A stretch of 38,233 nt of DNA from the NCBI GenBank assembly GCA_047622625.1, contig JBLHMX010000001.1, forward strand, positions 1 through 38,233, read 5' to 3'. Both the position numbers and the translations under genes were made by a program. The notes beneath the pieces are model-generated. The model had not been told where the DNA came from and ran no database searches. It worked only from the letters and a program-made list of their open reading frames with translations. Of this stretch, positions 26,044 through 35,695 are shown piece after piece. Position 1 is the first letter of the stretch, and every line of letters starts with the position of its first letter. This DNA is from Paracoccaceae bacterium (GTDB lineage Bacteria; Pseudomonadota; Alphaproteobacteria; Rhodobacterales; Rhodobacteraceae).

Positions 26044-26865
26044 ATGGCAAAATCCCGTGAAGCGTTCCGCACGATCAGCGAAGTCTCTGACTGGTTGAAT
26101 ACGCCAGCCCATGTTTTGCGTTTTTGGGAAAGCCGCTTCAACCAAATAAAGCCTGTTAAACGCGCCGGTGGACGACGGTACTATCGCCCCAGCGACATGG
26201 CCCTTTTAGGCGGCATCAAACGATTGCTGCATGACGACGGCATTACCATCAAAGGTGTTCAAAAAATTCTGCGCGAGAAGGGGCTGAAATATGTCAGCTC
26301 GTTGAGTCAGCTAGAAATCGGTGAAGATGCTGATCAACCCGCCAAAGATACAAACAGCCGCAAAACCGAAGAAACGCCGATCGAAGCAATTCTAAACGGT
26401 GAAACCGTTTCCGAAGAAAATGAGCGTTCCCAACCCGTTGATGATTTGGGCGTTGCAGAAACACATGTTGATCCGGACGATCCGGAAGACGAGCCAGTAT
26501 CCGTTTTCCATGCGGTTCAAACTGAAACAGACGTGGAAATACGCGAGAAAATCGCATCGATATTCGCCGATCCGGACAGTGGCATTTCTGTAGAACAGGA
26601 CGACACGTCCGAGCTTGAGACGGTGTCTGAATCTGAGCCGGAGCAAGCGCCAGAATCTGAGCCGGAAGATGAACCAGAACCCGTTTCGCAGGCTTTAGAA
26701 ACCTTGGTCCTGTCAGATCTAGATGAAGCCCCAGAACCTGTAGACGCGCCCATCGCCGTGGTCCACACCGATAAGTCGGGCACTCCAGAAGAACGCATCG
26801 TCGCGCTTTATCACCGACTTTCAAATTTGCGAAATCGGATGCGGGCTGAAATGGAGCATGGTTAA
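26044..26865 (+). CDS. MerR-family HTH protein with a long acidic low-complexity C-terminal region
   Basis: N-terminal Mer[29 protein letters not shown]...[10 protein letters not shown]-terminus rich in E/D/P, including [18 protein letters not shown]. Confidence 0.8.
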   Translation: MAKSREAFRTISEVSDWLNTPAHVLRFWESRFNQIKPVKRAGGRRYYRPSDMALLGGIKRLLHDDGITIKGVQKILREKGLKYVSSLSQLEIGEDADQPAKDTNSRKTEETPIEAILNGETVSEENERSQPVDDLGVAETHVDPDDPEDEPVSVFHAVQTETDVEIREKIASIFADPDSGISVEQDDTSELETVSESEPEQAPESEPEDEPEPVSQALETLVLSDLDEAPEPVDAPIAVVHTDKSGTPEERIVALYHRLSNLRNRMRAEMEHG

Positions 26866-26917
26866 TTCAGCATTTTCCATGCTAAAATATTGCAATTTAC
26901 ACGGGCCAGTTTCCGGC

Positions 26918-26945
26918 TTGCCCCTGCCCGCATTTCCCCTATAAC
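26918..26945 (+). promoter_or_regulatory. candidate promoter of tRNA-Pro
   Basis: TTGCCC (26918-26923), 16-nt spacer, TATAAC (26940-26945). The mature tRNA 5' end is 10 nt downstream. Confidence 0.35.
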
Positions 26946-26955
26946 AGCCAAATGT

Positions 26956-27032
26956 CGGGCTATAGCGCAGCTTGGTAGCGCGTTCGTCTGGGGGACGAGA
27001 GGTCGCAGGTTCGAATCCTGCTAGCCCGACCA
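26956..27032 (+). tRNA. tRNA-Pro, anticodon GGG
   Basis: Cloverleaf folded by hand. Acceptor CGGGCTA/TAGCCCG, D arm GCGC-AGCTTGGTA-GCGC, anticodon arm TTCGT-CTGGGGG-ACGAG (GGG at positions 34-36, G37), T arm GCAGG-TTCGAAT-CCTGC, encoded CCA. Confidence 0.9.
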
Positions 27033-27050
27033 AATCAATCGGTTCCGGCC

Positions 27051-27070
27051 TTGGCCGCGTGGCCAATTTA
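27051..27070 (+). terminator. possible weak terminator after tRNA-Pro
   Basis: TTGGCC-GCGT-GGCCAA hairpin followed by TTTA. The U-tract is short. Confidence 0.3.
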
Positions 27071-27081
27071 GGGGCAAGATT

Positions 27082-28167
27082 GTGAACAATTCCAAATTTG
27101 GTGTTCTACCTTCGCAATCTATCGCCGACATGCTGCAGAGCGGCCAGATCCACACTGAAATTGACGTGCCAGCAGGCCAAATTCAGCCTGCAAGCCTTGA
27201 TCTTCGCTTAGGAAACTTCGCCTATCGCGTAAGAGCCAGTTTTCTGTCGGGTCGCGGACGCAAAGTTATGGATCGACTGCAAGAATTTGAAATGCACCGT
27301 GTTGATTTAGACGGTGGCGCGGTTCTGGAAAAGGGTTGCGTTTACGTGGTGCCCTTGATGGAGGGGTTGGCATTGCCCGATGATATTGCCGCCACCGCCA
27401 ATGCTAAAAGTTCTACTGGACGGCTTGATCTTCTAACACGTCTTATCACCGATAATGGCGTTGAATTTGACCGGATCGAAGCCGGTTATCATGGCCCGCT
27501 TTTCGCGGAAATTTGCCCGAGATCTTTTTCTGTACTGGTGCGCCCGGGTATGCGCCTGAACCAAATTCGGTTTTCCCGCGGCCACGCTGTATTGCCCGAT
27601 CAGGCATTGGTAACGTTACATAAAAACGAAACCCTCGTGTCGGGAGAGGCTCATATCGACAATGGTTTGGGGTTTTCTGTTGATCTTAAACCAGCAGAAG
27701 GCAGTCTTGTCGGGTATCGCGCCAAGCCCCATACTGGCCTGATTGATCTGGATCGGATCGGCCATTATTTGGCGCGTGACTATTGGGAAGAAGTGCATAC
27801 AGACGACGGGCAAATCATCCTTGACCCGGACGCGTTTTACATTCTTGTCAGTCGTGAAGCCGTGCATATTCCGCCCCTATATGCGGCAGAAATGGCACCT
27901 TACCTTGCGATGGTAGGCGAGTTTCGGGTGCATTACGCGGGATTCTTTGACCCCGGTTTCGGCCATGCGGCAGCAGGTGGGCACGGCTCGCGCGGGGTCT
28001 TAGAAGTCCGCTGTCACGAAGCCCCGTTTGTGTTGGAACATGGCCAGATTGTCGGGCGATTGATTTACGAAGCTATGACCGAAATGCCGGAAATGTTGTA
28101 TGGCTCTGATCTTGGTTCCAATTATCAGGGCCAAGGACTGAAGCTGTCAAAACATTTCAAGTTTTAG
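27082..28167 (+). CDS. long-form (about 360 aa, two-lobed) 2'-deoxycytidine 5'-triphosphate deaminase family protein
   Basis: GTG start after AGGGG. The first half carries ASLDLRLG and KSSTGRLDLL. The second half carries the dcd/dut-like HYAGFFDPGFGH...GVLEVR. It is twice the length of canonical Dcd. Confidence 0.75.
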   Translation: MNNSKFGVLPSQSIADMLQSGQIHTEIDVPAGQIQPASLDLRLGNFAYRVRASFLSGRGRKVMDRLQEFEMHRVDLDGGAVLEKGCVYVVPLMEGLALPDDIAATANAKSSTGRLDLLTRLITDNGVEFDRIEAGYHGPLFAEICPRSFSVLVRPGMRLNQIRFSRGHAVLPDQALVTLHKNETLVSGEAHIDNGLGFSVDLKPAEGSLVGYRAKPHTGLIDLDRIGHYLARDYWEEVHTDDGQIILDPDAFYILVSREAVHIPPLYAAEMAPYLAMVGEFRVHYAGFFDPGFGHAAAGGHGSRGVLEVRCHEAPFVLEHGQIVGRLIYEAMTEMPEMLYGSDLGSNYQGQGLKLSKHFKF

Positions 28168-28200
28168 GACTGGCCTGAGGCCAAACCTAACCAACCCCGA

Positions 28201-28875
28201 CTATTCAAACATCTCTTCTTGATCGTCATTAGCAGTCGCTTGCCAGTCTTCGCCTTGATCAGGGTCATCGTTTGCAATAATGCCCGGCATCATACCCGGC
28301 GGCGGGCGGTTGTCCAACAATCCGGCCTCGCGCAGTTCTTTGACACCCGGAAGGTCGCGCGGGCTTTCGAGGCCGAAGTGGTCTAAAAAAGTTTGCGTTA
28401 CCACGAACGTCACAGGACGGCCAGGCGTCATGCGGCGACGGCCCAGTTTGATCCAGTCAAGTTCCATCAGCAAATCAACCGTGCCACGCGATACGGAAAC
28501 ACCGCGAATTTCTTCGATTTCGGCGCGTGAGACTGGCTGGTGATAGGCGATGATTGCAAGGGTTTCGATGGCGGCGCGGCTTAGTTTGCGGGTTTCAACG
28601 CGTTCTTTTTGCATCAAAAACGCCAAATCGGGCGCCGTGCGAAAAGCCCAGGCATCGCCTATTTTCACAACGCTAACACCGCGCCCAGTAAAACGTTTAC
28701 GCACCAAAACCATTGCTTCGCTCGCGTCCGAGCCATGCGGCATCCGATCTTCGATTTGGCGCAGGCTTAAGGGTTCTGCTGACGCGAATAATATTGCCTC
28801 AACCATACGTTCTTGTTCGGCCAATGGTGGGGCCTCAAACAGGCTTTCACCTCGATCAATCTGATCTGCTTCCAT
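28201..28875 (-). CDS. scpB: segregation and condensation protein B
   Basis: MVEAILFASAEPLSL...AAIETLAIIAYHQPVSRAEIEEIRGV...GRPVTFVVT, typical ScpB winged-helix repeats. Confidence 0.9.
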   Translation of the reverse strand: MEADQIDRGESLFEAPPLAEQERMVEAILFASAEPLSLRQIEDRMPHGSDASEAMVLVRKRFTGRGVSVVKIGDAWAFRTAPDLAFLMQKERVETRKLSRAAIETLAIIAYHQPVSRAEIEEIRGVSVSRGTVDLLMELDWIKLGRRRMTPGRPVTFVVTQTFLDHFGLESPRDLPGVKELREAGLLDNRPPPGMMPGIIANDDPDQGEDWQATANDDQEEMFE

Positions 28876-28876
28876 G

Positions 28877-29689
28877 TCAGGCCCCCTTCATGCGTAATTC
28901 AATCGGTGCAAACATTTCGTCTTGGCGCAATTCGATTTTGCCAAGTTTCGCCAGTTCTAACGCAGCAGCAAAAGTTGCAGCTGTTGCTGAACGGCGGCGC
29001 GCTGGATCAGTGGTCCAACCTTCGGGCAAATATTGCACTAGATCGCCCCATTCGATTGCATGCCCGATCAGCATTTTCATCCGCTCAAGCGCTTGTTCCA
29101 TCGTGAACACAGCCTCGCGTTTCAGCGAAAGCGGTTCAAAATCATCGCGCGTGCGGATGTGAGCGTAGGCCTGCATTAAGTCCAGAACCGTGGCAGTATA
29201 GTCAACGCGCCGCGTGGCAGTTACATCTTCGGGCACACCACGGGCGAAAAAGTCACGCCCCAAACGATCTCGCGCCATAAGGCGAGCGGCAGATCGGCGC
29301 ATCGCTTCCAGGCGTTCCAATTGAAACGCCAAATGCGCCGCCAGTTCTTCGCCGCTTGGCCCGTCATCCGTGGGGTCAGGTGGCAACAAAAGACGGGATT
29401 TTAAAAATGCCATCCACGCTGCCATCACTAAATAATCGGCCGCCAATTCAATGCGTAGGCTTTTGGCGCGCTCAATAAATTCAAGGTATTGTTCGGCCAA
29501 CTGCAGAATTGATATTTTACGCAGATCTACCTTTTGGGTGCGCGACAACATCAACAGCAGATCAAGCGGGCCTTCGAAACCATCAACGTCGATAATTAAC
29601 GCTTCTGCCTTTAGACGCGCTGCAATTTCGGGGTCAGCGCCGAAATCGTCCACGTCAGGGGTGGAATCACTGTTTTGGTTCTGCTCCAT
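28877..29689 (-). CDS. scpA: segregation and condensation protein A
   Basis: FEGPLDLLLMLSRTQKVDLRKISILQLAEQYL kleisin N-terminus, immediately upstream of scpB. Confidence 0.9.
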   Translation of the reverse strand: MEQNQNSDSTPDVDDFGADPEIAARLKAEALIIDVDGFEGPLDLLLMLSRTQKVDLRKISILQLAEQYLEFIERAKSLRIELAADYLVMAAWMAFLKSRLLLPPDPTDDGPSGEELAAHLAFQLERLEAMRRSAARLMARDRLGRDFFARGVPEDVTATRRVDYTATVLDLMQAYAHIRTRDDFEPLSLKREAVFTMEQALERMKMLIGHAIEWGDLVQYLPEGWTTDPARRRSATAATFAAALELAKLGKIELRQDEMFAPIELRMKGA

Positions 29690-30689
29690 CGACGGGTATC
29701 ATAAGCAGGTCAGCCAGTTCCGCCAAGAGGGCGGCGCGGTCTATTTCGCCAACCTCTGAGCGATATCCAAGCGCGCGGTCGGCGCGTTTTGCGGCTTTGC
29801 CTGATAAAGTTCCAGCCGCGTTCATAACATCAACCATCTCGTGCATATGACCGTGGCAATGCAGGATCAAATCACAGCCCGCATCAAGGGCGGCGCGACT
29901 GCGGTTGGTGAAATTGCCACTTAGTGCGTTCATCGATATATCGTCGGTCATCAACAAACCGTCAAAACCGATTTCATCCCGGATCAAGTTAATGATCGTC
30001 GGTGATAAAGTGGCGCAATTTTCGGAATCAAAAGCGCTGTAAACAACGTGGCCAGTCATTGCCATCGGCAAGTCAGCCAGGACCTTGAATGCCGCGAAAT
30101 CGACGGCCTTAAGGTCGTGCGTCGCTGCATCAGTGTGTGGCAGTTCCAAGTGACTGTCGGTGACTGGCCGACCGTGGCCGGGAATATGCTTAAGGATGGG
30201 CAGAACACCACCCGCCAAAAGGCCATCGGCAACGGCCCGGCCCGCCAAGGCAACGGTTTGCGCGTCGCGCCCATAACAGCGGTTTTGAATGACTTCATGC
30301 ACTTGATCGGTTGCCACATCCAACATTGGCGCACAATTCACGTCAATGCCCAGGTCGCGCAATTCGTCGGCAATCAGCCGATACCTGATCCACATAGCGC
30401 GTTGGGATTGACCTGGTTTGGTGGCCTTCATCTGGTCAAGTGCTGGTAGCCATTCCATCCAATTGGGTGCGCGCAGACGTTGAACACGTCCGCCTTCCTG
30501 ATCAATCAGGATCGGTGCGTCGCGACCAACGCAATCGCGCATTTCTTGGGTAAGCGCACGGATTTGATCCGGCGTTTCCAGGTTTCGCGCAAAAACAATA
30601 AAACCCCAGGGGTCAGCATCGCGGAAAAACTGTTTTTCGTCCTGTGAAAGCCCGGTGCCTAAACAGCCAAGGATTGCTGCGCCTGCCAC
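29667..30689 (-). CDS. nagZ: beta-N-acetylhexosaminidase
   Basis: GH3 motifs IDQEGGRVQRL, KHIPGHG and LLMTDDISM. A GTG start is proposed at 30689, overlapping the SPOR gene TAG by 1 nt (TAGTG). The ATG at 30743 would overlap that gene by 55 nt. Confidence 0.85.
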   Translation of the reverse strand: MAGAAILGCLGTGLSQDEKQFFRDADPWGFIVFARNLETPDQIRALTQEMRDCVGRDAPILIDQEGGRVQRLRAPNWMEWLPALDQMKATKPGQSQRAMWIRYRLIADELRDLGIDVNCAPMLDVATDQVHEVIQNRCYGRDAQTVALAGRAVADGLLAGGVLPILKHIPGHGRPVTDSHLELPHTDAATHDLKAVDFAAFKVLADLPMAMTGHVVYSAFDSENCATLSPTIINLIRDEIGFDGLLMTDDISMNALSGNFTNRSRAALDAGCDLILHCHGHMHEMVDVMNAAGTLSGKAAKRADRALGYRSEVGEIDRAALLAELADLLMIPVDGAEPKQ

Positions 30690-31585
30690 TATCTTGCTGT
30701 GACCGGAATGCACGGCGTGCCGCGTGCAAGCAAAGCCGAGCACAAGCGGCGGCTGTCGCTTAGATTATCGAAGCCGAACATGCGCAGACGATAAAACCGC
30801 CGACCACCGCTTTCGGCCTCTTGAATAAACCGTTGGCGATCGCCGATCAAATCGCCGTGGCGATTGACGATATTATCCCATTCCATAATGGCCATAGCGC
30901 GGTCATCAAAAGCACCAAGCTGCACCAAACGCGTACCTGAAAGCACTTCACTTGCGTCCACATCAACATTGCCGTTTCTCGATGTGGGCGTCACTAGAAC
31001 GCCGCCAGCAAGCGAGGCAACAACCGAACGTGCCTTTGGTCTGGGTGAGGATTTAACTCCCGGCAAACGCGCAATCGCTGCAAGGCTTGGATCAATTCTT
31101 GTTTGGTTATTTGCCTGCAATATCAAGGCACTGATTTCATCGGCTTGGGTGCCAGTGCTGGCGCTCACATCCGTCAGGTTTTGAGGCACAGAGGCGAATT
31201 CTTGATCCCGCAACAACGGATGCAAATCGATTTGCGCAATGTCTTCGTCACTTAAGCGCAAAGGTTCCGGGGCCAACACCACGCGATCGACCGCCTCTTC
31301 GCTGCCGTCGCCTGATTGCACCGTATTAACAGCCAAACCCTGATGGGCAGCGATTGAACCACCCGGGTCTGCGGGCGCAACGCGGGGCGCGCCCAGCATC
31401 GCGCGCACAACCGGCACGTCGTTTACTTCACGCATGCTAAGTTGATAACCCCAAACGCATAGGCCTGCCACCAAGCCAAAAGACGTCAACGCGCCCATCC
31501 ACGAGGTAAAGTTCGACACCACGCCGGGTGCATGTTCGGAATATTCTTCGGGCGTATACTGCCCGTTCGATGCCTGATTTGACAT
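30689..31585 (-). CDS. SPOR domain-containing membrane protein
   Basis: One TM helix (WMGALTSFGLVAGLCVWGY) and a C-terminal SPOR-like RLVQLGAFDDRAMAIMEW...RFYRLRMFGFDNLSDSRRLCSAL. Start at MSNQASN. Confidence 0.75.
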   Translation of the reverse strand: MSNQASNGQYTPEEYSEHAPGVVSNFTSWMGALTSFGLVAGLCVWGYQLSMREVNDVPVVRAMLGAPRVAPADPGGSIAAHQGLAVNTVQSGDGSEEAVDRVVLAPEPLRLSDEDIAQIDLHPLLRDQEFASVPQNLTDVSASTGTQADEISALILQANNQTRIDPSLAAIARLPGVKSSPRPKARSVVASLAGGVLVTPTSRNGNVDVDASEVLSGTRLVQLGAFDDRAMAIMEWDNIVNRHGDLIGDRQRFIQEAESGGRRFYRLRMFGFDNLSDSRRLCSALLARGTPCIPVTAR

Positions 31586-31660
31586 TCGCCTGCCTTTTTT
31601 TAACGTCGCATTTAGTGCGATCGCCTGCTCTACCCCCAAATGTTGTGTATGACGCGGTTT

Positions 31661-33406
31661 TTACCGCATTTCTTGCACTGGGGTTACACCGAGAATACCA
31701 AGACCTGCTGAAAGTACAACGGAAACCGCTGATATCAGGGCGATTTTTCCTTGCGAGCGTTGCGGATTTGACTCTTGTAAGAACCGAAGCTCTGGTAATT
31801 CGTTGCCTTTGCTCCACAATGCATGAAGTTCAGACGCCAATTCATACAGATAAAACGCGATCCTATGCGGTTCGTGATTGCGCGCCGCAAGTTCAAGTAA
31901 ACGCGGCCATTCGCCAAGTTTACGCACCAACGCCAGCTCGCTTGCATGACCTATTTCCGACAAGTCAGCCGCCGCAAGCGTGGAAGCATCAACCGAAATC
32001 CCAGCATCGCCAGCCTTTTTCAACACGGAATTAATCCGCGCAAAGGCATATTGCACATAGAAAACGGGGTTTTCTTTGACCTGCTCGGTCACTTTGTCAA
32101 AATCAAAATCTAACGCAGCATCGTTTTTGCGGGTCAGCATCACGAACCGCGTTACATCTGGCCCGACTTGGTCGACAAGGTCGCGCAACGTCACAAATGT
32201 CCCTGCCCGTTTTGACATTTTGAAAGGCTGGCCGTCTTTATAAAGTTTCACCAATTGCGTCAGTTTGATATTCAGCGGCACGCGAGTATCTGACAGCGCC
32301 GACACCGCCGCCTTCATCCGCTTGACGTAACCACCATGATCGGCGCCAAGAATATCAATCAGCTCGTCAAACCCGCGTTCAACTTTGTTGAAATGATAGG
32401 CAATGTCGGGTGCGAAATATGTCCAGCCGCCGTCGGATTTCTTAACTGGCCGATCAACATCATCGCCGTGTTCGGTGGATTTGAACAAGGTTTGGATCCG
32501 AGGCTGCCAATCGTCTGGCTTTTTGCCTTTGGGCGGTTCGAGCGTTCCTTGATAAATCAAACCCTTGCTGTCCAGGTTATCCAGTGCTGCTTCAATCAAA
32601 CCCGTACCGTAAAGTGATTTTTCGCTGAAAAACACATCCATTACGACACCGATTGATAGCAGATCTTCGCGGATCAAATCCATCATCGCTCCAGTTGAAA
32701 ACTCACGCAATTCTGCCAACCATTCAGACTCAGGTTGTCCAACAAGACTGTCACCGAATTTGTCTTTTACGGCCTCGCCAACGGCGATCAGATAGTCGCC
32801 GGGGTATGTCCCATCGGGAAATTCAACGTCCTGCCCATTGGCCTGCAAATACCGCAAATAGACCGAGCGCGCCAAAACATCGACCTGAGCGCCACCATCA
32901 TTAATGTAATATTCCCGCGTCACGACGTAGCCGGCAAAATCCAGCAGGCTTGCCAGTGCATCACCAAAAACCGCTCCGCGCGTATGACCAACATGTAAGG
33001 GCCCTGTTGGATTTGCCGACACATATTCGACATTTACTTTGCGGCCATCCCCCATATTTGAACGGCCAAAATCAGGTCCTTTTGCCAAAACATCCGGGAT
33101 TATTGCCAGCCATGAAGTTGGCGCAAGTTTAAGATTAAGAAAACCCGGGCCCGCCACATCAACCGAATTAACGCGATCATCGGCTGCCAGCTTAACTGCC
33201 AGCGCCTCGGCAATATCGCGTGGTTTCATCTTGGCAGCTTTGGCCAAAACCATCGCTGCATTTGTTGCCATGTCGCCGTGCAAAGGGTCGCGCGGTGGTT
33301 CCGCCGCTACATTGGTAAAATCTAGACCTTTGGGCAAGAAGCCTTCGGTTTGTAACTCAACCAGTGATGCAAGCACCAGAGTTCTGATTTCAGCAAAAAG
33401 GTTCAT
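31661..33406 (-). CDS. argS: arginine--tRNA ligase
   Basis: Class I HIGH variant [12 protein letters not shown] and a KMSKR-like FKMSKRAG. Start at MNLFAEIRT. Confidence 0.93.
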   Translation of the reverse strand: MNLFAEIRTLVLASLVELQTEGFLPKGLDFTNVAAEPPRDPLHGDMATNAAMVLAKAAKMKPRDIAEALAVKLAADDRVNSVDVAGPGFLNLKLAPTSWLAIIPDVLAKGPDFGRSNMGDGRKVNVEYVSANPTGPLHVGHTRGAVFGDALASLLDFAGYVVTREYYINDGGAQVDVLARSVYLRYLQANGQDVEFPDGTYPGDYLIAVGEAVKDKFGDSLVGQPESEWLAELREFSTGAMMDLIREDLLSIGVVMDVFFSEKSLYGTGLIEAALDNLDSKGLIYQGTLEPPKGKKPDDWQPRIQTLFKSTEHGDDVDRPVKKSDGGWTYFAPDIAYHFNKVERGFDELIDILGADHGGYVKRMKAAVSALSDTRVPLNIKLTQLVKLYKDGQPFKMSKRAGTFVTLRDLVDQVGPDVTRFVMLTRKNDAALDFDFDKVTEQVKENPVFYVQYAFARINSVLKKAGDAGISVDASTLAAADLSEIGHASELALVRKLGEWPRLLELAARNHEPHRIAFYLYELASELHALWSKGNELPELRFLQESNPQRSQGKIALISAVSVVLSAGLGILGVTPVQEMR

Positions 33407-33524
33407 GGGATTGGTCCGGTAAATATTGGCTTTTGCGCGATGTAACACAGGCGTCCGCCCCTATCCAGCAGATTACATCAAACCGCTGCGTTCCAAAAAT
33501 ATGTCCACGGACGCCAGCCGCGCC

Positions 33525-34673
33525 TTACCCCATCGCCATTGGGTCAACCAATTTGCGATGCTCGTCCAAAGCAAACCGATCGGTCATGCCAGCGATATAA
33601 TCGGCGATTACGCGCGCGCGCTGGCCCTCATCATCGCCTTCCGCCCATTTCTGCCACCCATCCGGCAGCATGCCAGGATCAGTGATAAATATGTCAAACA
33701 TTTCACGCACGATAATCGCCGCCTTGCGCCGCATACGACGCACTTTCCAGTGGCGGTACATGTGTTTGAAGAAAAAGGCGCGTATGATTTTTAGATCTTC
33801 GAATAACGGATCGGAAAACCGGATCAGTTGTTGATCGTGATTGCGAATGTCGTCAACGGATTGTGGATTAGCCTCGGAAATCAACCGACCGCTTTCTGCG
33901 ATTACGTCTTCGACCATGACCCCAAAAACCCGCCGCAAAGCTTCGTGGCGGCGACGGATGAAATCAAGGTCAGGATAAAGCGCGTCAACCTTATCATAGC
34001 AAACGCCGATAATTGGCAGGGCGCGAATTTGCTCTTCGTTAAAAAGCCCAGCACGCAAACCATCATCAAGATCGTGGTTATTATAGGCAATATCGTCAGA
34101 AATTGCGGCGACCTGCGCCTCGGCGCTGGCATAAGTGCCAAGTTCCAGATCGTGTTGGGCGTTATAATCAGCCAAGGCTAAGGGGATATCCCCGATGACA
34201 GGGCCATTGTGTTTTGCGATGCCTTCCAGAGTTTCCCATGTCAGGTTCAGGCCATTAAATTCGGCATAGTGGCGTTCCAGCATAGTGACTATTTTGATGG
34301 CTTGGGCATTGTGATCGAACCCACCGAATTCCGCCATGCAGTCGTTTAACGCATCTTCGCCAGTGTGACCAAATGGCGTGTGACCCAGATCATGGGCAAG
34401 GGCTACGGCCTCGGTCAGTTCGGAATTCAGGTGCAAAACCGACGCAATTGTGCGCGCCACTTGCCCAACCTCAATGCTGTGGGTCAGACGCGTGCGAAAA
34501 TAGTCGCCTTCATGTTCCACAAACACTTGGGTTTTATGTTTCAAGCGCCGAAACGCGCTGGAATGGATGATCCGGTCGCGATCGCGTTGAAAGGCCGTGC
34601 GATGCGCACTTTCTTCTTCCACGGTAAGCCGCCCGCGCGAGTGCGCCGGGTCGCATGCAAAATCTGCTAACAT
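33525..34673 (-). CDS. deoxyguanosinetriphosphate triphosphohydrolase-like HD-domain protein
   Basis: FQRDRDRIIHSSAFRRLKHKTQVF...RLTHSIEV...LAHDLGHTPFGH motifs. Confidence 0.88.
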   Translation of the reverse strand: MLADFACDPAHSRGRLTVEEESAHRTAFQRDRDRIIHSSAFRRLKHKTQVFVEHEGDYFRTRLTHSIEVGQVARTIASVLHLNSELTEAVALAHDLGHTPFGHTGEDALNDCMAEFGGFDHNAQAIKIVTMLERHYAEFNGLNLTWETLEGIAKHNGPVIGDIPLALADYNAQHDLELGTYASAEAQVAAISDDIAYNNHDLDDGLRAGLFNEEQIRALPIIGVCYDKVDALYPDLDFIRRRHEALRRVFGVMVEDVIAESGRLISEANPQSVDDIRNHDQQLIRFSDPLFEDLKIIRAFFFKHMYRHWKVRRMRRKAAIIVREMFDIFITDPGMLPDGWQKWAEGDDEGQRARVIADYIAGMTDRFALDEHRKLVDPMAMG

Positions 34674-34753
34674 TGTGTCGCCTTATCTTGTCCCCAGGCA
34701 TCTGTGCGCCTATGTTAACGCCAAGTGTAGAACAGAACGGATCGGGCGACCAG

Positions 34754-35086
34754 ATGGAGCTTAACCTACCACCAAAAGTAACCGAGCGGGCCTTTGCCCA
34801 ACTGGCGGCGATTAATTCCGGTGTGGATAAGACGCAGTCATTGCGCGTTTCCGTTGAAGGTGGGGGCTGTTCAGGGTTTCAATACGAGATAAAGTTGGAC
34901 GACGCGGCAGACGACGATCTGGTGCTTGAAAGCCAAGGACAAAAAGTGCTGATCGACGCGGTATCCCTACCGTTTCTGGCCAACGCGGTGATCGACTATT
35001 CGCAAGAATTGATCGGCGCGCGGTTTGTGATCGAAAACCCAAACGCAACCAGTTCATGTGGTTGCGGCACCAGCTTTTCGATTTAG
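34754..35086 (+). CDS. erpA: iron-sulfur cluster insertion protein ErpA / IscA family
   Basis: LRVSVEGGGCSGFQY and C-terminal CGCGTSF. Start at MELNLPPKV. Confidence 0.88.
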   Translation: MELNLPPKVTERAFAQLAAINSGVDKTQSLRVSVEGGGCSGFQYEIKLDDAADDDLVLESQGQKVLIDAVSLPFLANAVIDYSQELIGARFVIENPNATSSCGCGTSFSI

Positions 35087-35182
35087 CCTCAAAATATCCA
35101 CAGTAATGCTCTTTCTTCGCTTTACCTTCCACCCGATGGAAGCAGCAACCTTGGGCAAATTCTTACACATAGGATGCCCTGA

Positions 35183-35623
35183 ATGACGACCAGAACTACC
35201 TACCCGCTGATTGTGATCGCTATTATTGCCATTTGCGGACTTGCGTATTTCAAATTCGGATCAAAGTTGGCGATACCGCCACCCTCAGATGAAAGCGCTT
35301 TATCAAAACCGATGGTCAACGTGACAATCCCGGAGCTTACTGGCATTGCCAAAATCGGCGAACTAGCGTTCAACGCCAAATGCGCCTTATGTCATGGTGA
35401 AAACGCTGCCGGAAAAGGTGGCGCTGGCCCGCCGTTGGTCCATAAAATTTACGAACCTTCGCATCATGGCGACGGCGCGTTTCTGTTGGCGGCGCAAAAC
35501 GGTGTGCGCGCCCATCACTGGAATTTCGGCTCGATGCCACCGGTGGAAGGCGTGACTTCCGGTGATGTGAAGGCAATCACCGCCTATATTCGAGCTTTGC
35601 AACGGGAAAACGGCATCAACTAA
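35183..35623 (+). CDS. membrane-anchored c-type cytochrome
   Basis: N-terminal TM helix, a single CALCH haem-binding motif, and a distal Met (GSMPP). Confidence 0.75.
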   Translation: MTTRTTYPLIVIAIIAICGLAYFKFGSKLAIPPPSDESALSKPMVNVTIPELTGIAKIGELAFNAKCALCHGENAAGKGGAGPPLVHKIYEPSHHGDGAFLLAAQNGVRAHHWNFGSMPPVEGVTSGDVKAITAYIRALQRENGIN

Positions 35624-35695
35624 CCCATTAATCGTGTACAGAAGGCAGCCGCCCTGTGTACTGTTTGGTACGCAAATTGATCTCGGAGCCACCTA

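Noticed and set aside
26821-27066. An 81-aa minus-strand ORF.
   Set aside because: It overlaps the tRNA-Pro gene entirely. Its translation is an artefact of the tRNA sequence.
26956-27100. tRNA-Pro as a possible genomic-island integration site.
   Set aside because: No integrase is present. By eye I found no downstream direct repeat of the tRNA 3' end. The neighbouring genes are core genes of the same composition.
27082-34673. A dCTP deaminase and a dGTPase-like gene within 7 kb of each other, considered as a possible nucleotide-depletion antiphage pair.
   Set aside because: Both sit in conserved housekeeping synteny (tRNA-Pro/dcd/scpBA and erpA/dgt/argS). They lack the extra domains typical of defence versions. 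They are not adjacent. No mobile or defence genes flank them.
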